Below, piece by piece: positions 17,494 to 24,000 of a stretch of DNA of 24,000 bases. Origin of the DNA: an uncultured Lentimicrobiaceae bacterium. GTDB lineage: Bacteria > Bacteroidota > Bacteroidia > Bacteroidales > CAZZLL01. A program made the position numbers and the translations under genes. Below the pieces are notes generated by a model that saw only the letters and a program-made list of their open reading frames with translations, did not search any database and was not told where the DNA came from. The stretch covers positions 9,734-33,733 of the forward strand of contig CAZZLL010000007.1 in the NCBI GenBank assembly GCA_964654725.1, written 5' to 3'. Positions within the stretch are counted from its first letter, which is position 1. Each line of letters opens with the position of its first letter.

Positions 17494-17983
17494 AATGATA
17501 CCTTTCTTTTAGTTTATTCCTTATGTGTTTTCTTGCCCGTGATAAATTCACCCTAACTGCATTTACTTTCATATTCATTATTTCAGCAATTTCTTCAAAC
17601 TCATACCCTTCAATATCACGAAGATGCATAATCCCGGATTGAATTTCAGGTAGCTTATTCATTTCCTTTCTAATGATTTCGAGGATATTACGGCCTTCAG
17701 TAATGCTTACACCTTCATTGCTAACTTCATAACGGATCAGTTCTTCAGGCACCATCGTTTTGCTCGTTCTGATTCTATCGAGACATAAGTTCCGGGTTAT
17801 CAGCATGGCAAAAGCATCTACACTATTATATGCTGTTAGTTTATGTCTGTTTTTCCATACTCTTATCAGGACTTCCTGCACCACATCCTCTGCATCTTCC
17901 CTTTGCCGGAGCATTTTCAATGCAAACCGAAAAATGGGATTTCGTATACGATTACAAAATGAGATAAAAGCCTGCTTGTCCAT
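17480..17983 (-). CDS. ECF-type RNA polymerase sigma-70 family factor
   Basis: 167 aa. Region 2 reads EDVVQEVLIRVWKN. Region 4.2 has the HTH (GYEFEEIAEIMNMKVNAVRVNLSRARKHIRNKL). Confidence 0.9.
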   Translation of the reverse strand: MDKQAFISFCNRIRNPIFRFALKMLRQREDAEDVVQEVLIRVWKNRHKLTAYNSVDAFAMLITRNLCLDRIRTSKTMVPEELIRYEVSNEGVSITEGRNILEIIRKEMNKLPEIQSGIMHLRDIEGYEFEEIAEIMNMKVNAVRVNLSRARKHIRNKLKERYHYEQS

Positions 17984-18086
17984 CTATTTTTAATGACGAA
18001 AAAAGGATGATTTCATTACAATTAATGTATTGAATTTAAAATCCTTCTGAATAATATAGCAATCTTGCATAAGATTTTTTTTTGGC

Positions 18087-18094
18087 TATTTTTG
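18087..18094 (+). promoter_or_regulatory. Candidate -7 promoter box (TATTTTTG) for the POT transporter gene
   Basis: An exact TAnnTTTG match sits 66 nt upstream of the ATG at 18160. A partial -33-like cTTG lies at 18064-18067, leaving a 19-nt spacer. Confidence 0.4.
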
Positions 18095-18159
18095 TAGGCC
18101 AATTAAAAAACGAAATTATTTGCTAAAAATAAATGATTAACTAACTAAAACCCTTATTT

Positions 18160-20004
18160 ATGTTAAAGAATCACCCTAAAGGATTGCTGGTAGCCTTCTT
18201 CTCCAATATGGGAGAACGATTTGGCTTTTACACAATGATGGCCATACTGGTTTTATTTCTTCAAGCCAGGTTTGGTTTAAATGCCGAAGAAGCCGGCAGC
18301 TACTATAGTTGGTTTTATTTTGGAATATATGGATTAGCACTGGTAGGCGGATTGATAGCTGACGCCACAAGCCGATATAAGCTGATCATACTTTTAGGTA
18401 TTTTGATCATGTTCGGCGGGTATTTAATAATGGCTATTCCAGGCATGACACTTACCATTACCCTGATAGGTTTGTTTACGATTGCACTCGGAAACGGTTT
18501 ATTTAAAGGTAATTTGCAAGCTGTTGTCGGACAAATGTATGACAATGAAAAATACGCCAAATACCGTGACAATGCATATATGATTTTTTACATGGGTATT
18601 AATATTGGTGCCTTTTTTGCCCCTTTTGCTGCAACCAGTATGCGTAACTGGTTCCTAAGATCACAGGGATTCCTTCATGACGGAGCGCTTCCTGCAATTT
18701 GCCATGCTTATCAGAAAGGAGAACTTGCTAATGATGCCCTAATAGAATTCCCGGAACTTGCTTCAAAAGTCAGCATGCATGGGCCTGTAACCGATGTTGG
18801 AGCATTTGCCCAGCAATACCTTGATGCTTTTAGCAAAGGATATAATTATGCTTTCGGAATTGCTGCCGGTGCAATGGTAATATCCCTGTTGGTATATATC
18901 ATCTTTAATAAATACCTGCCTAAGAAAGAAAGAGCGCCAAAAGTTGTTGACAACGAAGGTAAAAAAGCAGCACAATCTGAAAGGATACAAGCCAACCCAG
19001 CCGCTATTGCATTCTCATTTTTAATTGGTGCAGCTATATTTACAGGTATCTATTTTGCCTTTAGCCGCAACTTCGATATTGCTTTTGCTTTTGGTATGTT
19101 TGCCGTATTTGTTGCCTGGATTTTGCAAATTTCATCCAAAGAAGAAAGGCCCAGGGTATCTGCCCTCCTTTTGGTATTCCTTGTCGTAATATTTTTCTGG
19201 ATGTCTTTCCATCAGAACGGATTGACGTTAACCTTGTTCGCCCGTGATTACACTGTAAAAGCAGTGGATCCGTTTACCAATGTCTTCTTTAACCTGGAAT
19301 CAATACTGGTATTCCTCGGGGCTGTTGCCGGGTTCTTCATCTTGCTGCTTAGGAAGAAAATTAGTGAGAAGTTTATTGGGTTAGCGATGTTTGCTGGCTT
19401 AGGATACTTTTGCTATTATCTGATAAGCACTTACAAACCTTTAAACTTTATTGAACCTGAAGTATTTCAGTCTTTCAATCCATTATTCATCGTGGCCCTT
19501 ACATTCCCAATAATGGGACTGTTTGCCTGGTTGCGAAAAAAGAACATGGAACCTTCAACCCCAAAGAAAATTGGATTCGGTATGATCATCGCCGCACTTG
19601 GCTTTGTCATCATTCTGGTAGGCTCACTCAACCTGATCTCTCCACATGAATTACAATATATTGATGAAGCTGGCAAATTACAATATGAGCCTGTTCCGGA
19701 CTCATCAAGGGTAATGCCTTACTGGTTAATAAACAGTTATCTGATACTAACCATTGCAGAACTCTTCCTTAGTCCGATGGGATTGTCTTTTGTATCTAAA
19801 GTTTCACCCGGACGATTCCAAGGACTCATGCAGGGTGGATGGTTGCTGGCAACAGCCGTAGGAAACAAGCTTTTATCAGTGGGTAGTTTCTTCTGGGAAA
19901 AGATTGACCTCTGGATGATCTGGACTATCTTTATTACATGTTGCCTGATTTCTGCCCTATTTATATTCTCTATTATGAAGAGGTTGGAAAGAGTAACAAA
20001 ATAA
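18160..20004 (+). CDS. Proton-dependent oligopeptide transporter (POT/PTR2 family, MFS)
   Basis: 614 aa and polytopic. The POT signature ERFGFYTMMAILVLFL (ExxERFxYY-type motif) is near the N-terminus, together with the second PTR2 motif region FYMGINIGAF. Confidence 0.9.
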   Translation: MLKNHPKGLLVAFFSNMGERFGFYTMMAILVLFLQARFGLNAEEAGSYYSWFYFGIYGLALVGGLIADATSRYKLIILLGILIMFGGYLIMAIPGMTLTITLIGLFTIALGNGLFKGNLQAVVGQMYDNEKYAKYRDNAYMIFYMGINIGAFFAPFAATSMRNWFLRSQGFLHDGALPAICHAYQKGELANDALIEFPELASKVSMHGPVTDVGAFAQQYLDAFSKGYNYAFGIAAGAMVISLLVYIIFNKYLPKKERAPKVVDNEGKKAAQSERIQANPAAIAFSFLIGAAIFTGIYFAFSRNFDIAFAFGMFAVFVAWILQISSKEERPRVSALLLVFLVVIFFWMSFHQNGLTLTLFARDYTVKAVDPFTNVFFNLESILVFLGAVAGFFILLLRKKISEKFIGLAMFAGLGYFCYYLISTYKPLNFIEPEVFQSFNPLFIVALTFPIMGLFAWLRKKNMEPSTPKKIGFGMIIAALGFVIILVGSLNLISPHELQYIDEAGKLQYEPVPDSSRVMPYWLINSYLILTIAELFLSPMGLSFVSKVSPGRFQGLMQGGWLLATAVGNKLLSVGSFFWEKIDLWMIWTIFITCCLISALFIFSIMKRLERVTK

Positions 20005-20023
20005 AGTTATAAAATTATTTTTC

Positions 20024-20094
20024 GGAGGCTGTAAATTAAGCGCGTTCACGTCCAACATCAGTGACCATGCTTAAATGTGCAGCCTCTTTATTTT
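20024..20094 (+). terminator. Long imperfect hairpin followed by a T-rich tract; possible terminator of the POT gene
   Basis: The outer stem is GAGGCTG (20026-20032) pairing with CAGCCTC (20080-20086). Inner pairings are TAAGC (20037-20041) with GCTTA (20069-20073), and TCAC (20046-20049) with GTGA (20061-20064). TTTATTTT follows, ending just before the ATG at 20095. The large ~47-nt interior makes it non-canonical. Confidence 0.3.
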
Positions 20095-21045
20095 ATGCCT
20101 TACCCCTGGAAACATAACAGACGATTCAACGCCTATGTAGAATACCTTCGCCAAAAATTTGGCGAAAGGGTGCAAAAATTGAGCATAGATGCCGGTTTTA
20201 CTTGTCCAAACCGGGATGGCAGCATAGGAAAAGGAGGATGTACGTTCTGCCATAACAATGCATTCAATCCCTCCTATTGTCAACCGGAGAAAAGCATCAC
20301 ACAGCAAATCACGGAAGGAATCGAATTTCACAAAAACCGGTACCGGAAAGCAACAAAGTACCTGGTTTACTTCCAGGCTTACTCAAACACCTATGCTGAT
20401 AACAGCATTCTTGAGAAACGATACCGGGAAGCATTAAAATTTAAGGATGTTGTAGGGCTCGTTATTGGAACCCGCCCCGACTGTCTAAGCAGTGAAACGC
20501 TGGATTTGCTAAAAGAACTGAATAATACCCGGTACATTAAACTTGAAGTAGGCATTGAAAGCTGTTATAATAAAACACTGGAACGCATTAACCGTCAGCA
20601 TAGCTTTGAAGATACAACACGCGCCCTCAATCGTTGCCGCACATATCAGCTGGACACCGGGGGACATATGATATTCGGGTTGCCGGGAGAAAGCCAGGAA
20701 GAAATGATGGATGAAGCCAGCATCCTTTCTACCTTACCATTAAACACCATCAAGTTCCACCAGTTGCAGATATTAAAAAATACCGCAATGGCAAAGGAAT
20801 ACCATGAAAAACCCCAGGACTTTATTCGTTTCAGCCTGAATGATTACATTGACTTCATTGTTAAATTCACAGAGCAACTGAATCCTGCTTTTGCTATAGA
20901 ACGATTTGCCGGAGAAGTACCCCCGCGTTTCATTGTCGGATCGAATTGGGAATCTATACGTTACGACCAGGTTTTAAATCTGATAGAAAAGAAACTGGAA
21001 AAAGAAAATACGTACCAGGGAAAATTATTCCACCAATACCTTTAA
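20095..21045 (+). CDS. TIGR01212-family radical SAM protein (YhcC-like)
   Basis: The cluster FTCPNRDGSIGKGGCTFCHN (the extended Cys motif typical of the YhcC/TIGR01212 subgroup) follows ...KFGERVQKLSIDAGF. The track start at 20077 is a GTG lying inside the upstream hairpin, so the ATG at 20095 is preferred. Confidence 0.88.
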   Translation: MPYPWKHNRRFNAYVEYLRQKFGERVQKLSIDAGFTCPNRDGSIGKGGCTFCHNNAFNPSYCQPEKSITQQITEGIEFHKNRYRKATKYLVYFQAYSNTYADNSILEKRYREALKFKDVVGLVIGTRPDCLSSETLDLLKELNNTRYIKLEVGIESCYNKTLERINRQHSFEDTTRALNRCRTYQLDTGGHMIFGLPGESQEEMMDEASILSTLPLNTIKFHQLQILKNTAMAKEYHEKPQDFIRFSLNDYIDFIVKFTEQLNPAFAIERFAGEVPPRFIVGSNWESIRYDQVLNLIEKKLEKENTYQGKLFHQYL

Positions 21046-21818
21046 ACCTCGTTGCGCTCCTTAAACTTCGGGTATAATTCATCCTTCACCCATGAAAAAT
21101 CAGGTTCTATCAATAATATTTTCTGATATGTCAGATCTGCCATATCATATTCTTCCATGTCTTCATAGCACTTTGCAACAAGTGTCAGCGTATTCAGGTA
21201 CAACCAATTGTATTTAAGTTTTTGTTGATTGGCCTCAAAAAGTTCAACAGCCTTTGTATATTTTCCCAGAGCTTTTTCAGGAGAACCACCAAACATATCC
21301 GGCATATAATACCAGGCATTGCCTGATTCTACCCAACCTGCAGGATCATCTTCATCAAGCTCCAGCGCTTTCTTGATACTGTTTAAACTCTTTCTGCCCA
21401 GGTATACAGATTTCATGGGATTTAACGCAATCCTGAAACCAAATAAAGCCCCTTTCAATGCATGCACTTCCGACCAGGAGGGATACTTGTTAAGCATATA
21501 ATCCACATTTTCTTCAGCTTTCTCAAGCATCTTTTCAGCCTTGTCTTTCTCTTCTAAACCAAGATTATAGGCTATATATCCATATTGAGCAAGCGTTACA
21601 TGGTACAATGACCAAATCTCCTTATAGTCATCCGGGCCTATATCATAGGCTGTTATGGTTTCGCCCCATTTATCCATGCGTCCTTCAAGGAAAGAGTCAT
21701 AAATATCCTTCTTGAAACTCCCTTGGGCAAAAACACTTTGGTTTAACATAAAAACAACAGCAAATAAATAAATGATGCTTTTGCTATATATACTTATGAA
21801 ATCACCCTTCCTTTCCAT
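21042..21818 (-). CDS. Secreted TPR-like helical-repeat protein, function unknown
   Basis: 258 aa with a signal-like N-terminus (IIYLFAVVFMLNQSVFAQ). The sequence is helical-repeat in character (..KALGKYTKAVELFE.., ..LVAKCYEDMEEYDMADLTYQKILLIEPD..). The start overlaps the GT2 stop by 25 nt. Confidence 0.6.
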   Translation of the reverse strand: MERKGDFISIYSKSIIYLFAVVFMLNQSVFAQGSFKKDIYDSFLEGRMDKWGETITAYDIGPDDYKEIWSLYHVTLAQYGYIAYNLGLEEKDKAEKMLEKAEENVDYMLNKYPSWSEVHALKGALFGFRIALNPMKSVYLGRKSLNSIKKALELDEDDPAGWVESGNAWYYMPDMFGGSPEKALGKYTKAVELFEANQQKLKYNWLYLNTLTLVAKCYEDMEEYDMADLTYQKILLIEPDFSWVKDELYPKFKERNEV

Positions 21819-22885
21819 ATGTACTTTTTTGTTAAACTGTTTCTAACTGAAAGATAAACAAAAATGACAAAAGAAAGTTGATGAGCAATGGCAAACAAAA
21901 TATTTTTCCAAATGGATTGCCGGCTTAAATGGGCTATTAAGGCGCGCATGCTGATGAAAAGGATAACATACATTATTGCAAAACAAACTGGCAGATAAAG
22001 CAGGATAAATGCGAAGCCTGCAATGTGAACAAAGAGATAAAGCATCATAAAAAGCAGGGAATCCCCAAAAAAAGTTTTAACATTTTTTGAAAATCCCCTG
22101 GCGGCAGCCCACAAACCTGTATACATTCTGCATTGTACACTGCCGTTGCTAAGCATGGTTTCAGATCTCAGGCCTTTGCGTTTGGCTACTTTCATGATCT
22201 CAATATCTTCAACTTTATTGCTTTTAACACTTTTATGAAAAGCATTTTTATTATAAACCTTCTGTTCGAAAAGCATAAACTGTCCATTGGCTGCAGAGAA
22301 AGACGGATTTCGGCTAAACCGGGTAAGTTTCAATGGAAGAAAACTCAGCAGTATTACATTCATGAGAGGCACACTTGCCCACTCTCCCCAGGACTTCATA
22401 ATCTGCACCGGAAAAAGACTTAAAAAATCCAGCTTATGTTTTCTCAGCCACGAAATACTGTTTGTTATGCCAACAGGTTTCAACCGGACGTCAGCATCCA
22501 AAAAAAGCAAATAATCTCCCCTTGCTTTGGCTGCCAACTGATGACAAGCCCAGTTTTTTCCCAACCAGTTTTCAGGTAGTGGCTGCCCATTGAAATATCG
22601 TATGCGTACATCTCTTCGTGCAAATTCCTGTAAAACAAAGGCTGTATTATCTTCTGACTGATCATTGCATACCCAAACTTCTATGTTTTTGTAGTGATTG
22701 TTTAGCAGATCATTCAGTATGCGGGAGATATTTCCCTCCTCATTTCTTGCCGGAATTAGAACAGATACTAATGGTTCATCACCAGAACTATCGTCAGGTA
22801 ATACCGGTTGGGTAATGTAATTCGCTAAAACAACCATCACCCTCAACAGAAAAAAAGCAAACAATATATAGGCTGCAAAGATCAT
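21794..22885 (-). CDS. Membrane-bound family-2 glycosyltransferase (CruC/CrtQ-like architecture)
   Basis: The track start at 22909 is a TTG. The ATG at 22885 forms an ATGA overlap with the upstream stop. The protein has an N-terminal TM, GT-A motifs (VSVLIPARNEE, CNDQSEDNT, LLFLDADV) and C-terminal TM helices, as in carotenoid glycosyltransferases. Confidence 0.85.
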   Translation of the reverse strand: MIFAAYILFAFFLLRVMVVLANYITQPVLPDDSSGDEPLVSVLIPARNEEGNISRILNDLLNNHYKNIEVWVCNDQSEDNTAFVLQEFARRDVRIRYFNGQPLPENWLGKNWACHQLAAKARGDYLLFLDADVRLKPVGITNSISWLRKHKLDFLSLFPVQIMKSWGEWASVPLMNVILLSFLPLKLTRFSRNPSFSAANGQFMLFEQKVYNKNAFHKSVKSNKVEDIEIMKVAKRKGLRSETMLSNGSVQCRMYTGLWAAARGFSKNVKTFFGDSLLFMMLYLFVHIAGFAFILLYLPVCFAIMYVILFISMRALIAHLSRQSIWKNILFAIAHQLSFVIFVYLSVRNSLTKKYIWKGRVIS

Positions 22886-23496
22886 ACTTCTTTTTGTTGG
22901 AAAACACAATCTGCATAAAAGGCATTGTAAGCTTCTTCAAGCATTTTACCATGCAGTTTATCCCCAGGCACCCATTCCTTAAAGTACATCGTGACACCGG
23001 GTTTGGAAGCGGAAAAATACTCTATCAGATTAGCTGCAAAAATCACATTTATATTATTGCCCCTGTGAAGTATCCGCTCCACACCTCTTTCAAAATCCAG
23101 TGGCTGCCTGTATATTGACTGAAAGACTCCCTGGGGAAAAAAGAGCACCAAATTGTCTTTCTCCTTCAGTAATTCATTTGCATAATTCAAGGATTCTAAA
23201 AAGGAACGATGATTTTTCCGGATGGAGAAAGCACCGGCCTTATTCAGAAACAACCTGTCTTTCAACTGTTCTTCCAGCATCATCACATGATATTTCTTTT
23301 TAAAAATTTTGTCATTCAGGTAATACACAAAAAACCCATCCCACCAGCTAAAATGGTTTGCAATGATTAAAACCGGAAGTTCCTTTGTTTTATAGGTTCC
23401 AACAAGCTTAACATCCTTAAATTTTAGCTTCAAGGCCATACGGGTATAAAACCTGAAAAATTGAACAAAGAATGGTTTATGTCGTGCTTTTATCAT
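22882..23496 (-). CDS. Lysophospholipid (PlsC-type) acyltransferase-family protein (CruD-like position)
   Basis: 204 aa. The HxxxxD acyltransferase motif is present as NHFSWWDG, together with a downstream FPQG block. It has ATGA overlaps with both neighbours. Confidence 0.8.
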   Translation of the reverse strand: MIKARHKPFFVQFFRFYTRMALKLKFKDVKLVGTYKTKELPVLIIANHFSWWDGFFVYYLNDKIFKKKYHVMMLEEQLKDRLFLNKAGAFSIRKNHRSFLESLNYANELLKEKDNLVLFFPQGVFQSIYRQPLDFERGVERILHRGNNINVIFAANLIEYFSASKPGVTMYFKEWVPGDKLHGKMLEEAYNAFYADCVFQQKEV

Positions 23497-24000
23497 AAGA
23501 AAAAGGTCGATTTAACGCCAGGGCAGTCTAAGATCAAATGCAGCGCCAGAAAAAAAACAAACTGTACCAGGAATAAATAAGCTCCTGTCTTATTGACGGT
23601 TTGAACCTTTTCTTTCTCCAGCAATAACAGCATAATGATACTAATAACAAACCATGCTATGTAATTCTGCAGTGGTATCTCACCCCCCGACCAGGCCCAC
23701 ATATTTAAACAACTGGCTATGGGTTCCAGGTTTATATCGTAAATAACCATAAGCAAAGCAGCCAATATAATTCTCCATACTTTGTTTAGTTTCAGCCATC
23801 TAACAATCATATGCGTGGCATAGATCAGCATCACCCAGTTCAGAGCGATCATCACCGGTGTCCCGTTAATCTTAAGGCCTAATGCATCCCCGTAGTGATA
23901 TAAGCCAAATACCAGCCCTGTTGCTACGCCAATCATTTCCAGCAAAAAACCCAAGACAGCAATAATTACAAGGATTAGATTGAAACGCCGGTTCCAGGCT
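23493..24000 (-). CDS. DUF422 / 'carotenoid biosynthesis protein' family membrane protein (CruF-like), 5' end outside the window
   Basis: The frame stays open to base 24000, and the track's 'M' at 23954 is a TTG. The protein is polytopic, and DINLEPIASCLNMWAWSGGEIPLQNYIAWF resembles the conserved D..(M/L)(D/E)P.A...g.W.W....ip..Ny.gW block of the family. Confidence 0.7.
   Translation of the reverse strand, partial: AWNRRFNLILVIIAVLGFLLEMIGVATGLVFGLYHYGDALGLKINGTPVMIALNWVMLIYATHMIVRWLKLNKVWRIILAALLMVIYDINLEPIASCLNMWAWSGGEIPLQNYIAWFVISIIMLLLLEKEKVQTVNKTGAYLFLVQFVFFLALHLILDCPGVKSTFFL

Noticed and set aside
1-24000. Search for CRISPR arrays, IS elements or transposases, integrases, tRNA/rRNA genes and long direct or inverted repeats
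   Set aside because: Reading by eye, I saw no regularly spaced repeats, no transposase- or integrase-like ORFs and no cloverleaf-capable intergenic segment. The gaps are short and AT-rich. A computational repeat, tRNAscan or Rfam pass would be needed to be certain.

Overview
This window reads as core chromosome from a low-GC member of the Bacteroidota. The lineage call rests on four things: a T9SS C-terminal sorting domain, an ECF sigma/anti-sigma/DUF4252 triad, TAnnTTTG-type -7 promoter boxes, and short-LID adenylate kinases in the hpt-adk-obg neighbourhood. I support 25 protein-coding genes. From left to right they are:
- Housekeeping and miscellaneous: panB (3' end), an RluA-family pseudouridine synthase, a small membrane protein, an M14 carboxypeptidase and an HDAC-family deacetylase.
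- A 953-aa secreted protein (MA-clan HExxH domain, then PD40 propeller-like repeats, then a barrel-like tail), followed by a PNPOx-family protein, a T9SS-sorted beta-propeller protein and a PAP2 phosphatase.
- obg, three adenylate-kinase modules in two ORFs, hpt and purE.
- A translationally coupled pair of predicted outer-membrane proteins, one carrying a degenerate ComEA-like helix-hairpin-helix region.
- The ECF sigma module, a POT peptide transporter and a TIGR01212 radical-SAM protein.
- A four-gene ATGA-coupled operon resembling carotenoid glycoside-ester tailoring (DUF422/CruF-like, acyltransferase, GT2) plus a secreted TPR-like protein.

I found no tRNA, rRNA, CRISPR array, IS element or integrase, and no recognisable defence genes.

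The ORF track uses TTG/GTG as starts in several places, and I re-set those to the more plausible internal ATGs.

The most unusual items are the triplicated adenylate kinase with a degenerate middle module, the HhH-plus-barrel outer-membrane pair, and the 953-aa protease/propeller/barrel protein. All functional readings come from motif recognition by eye. No database search was run.
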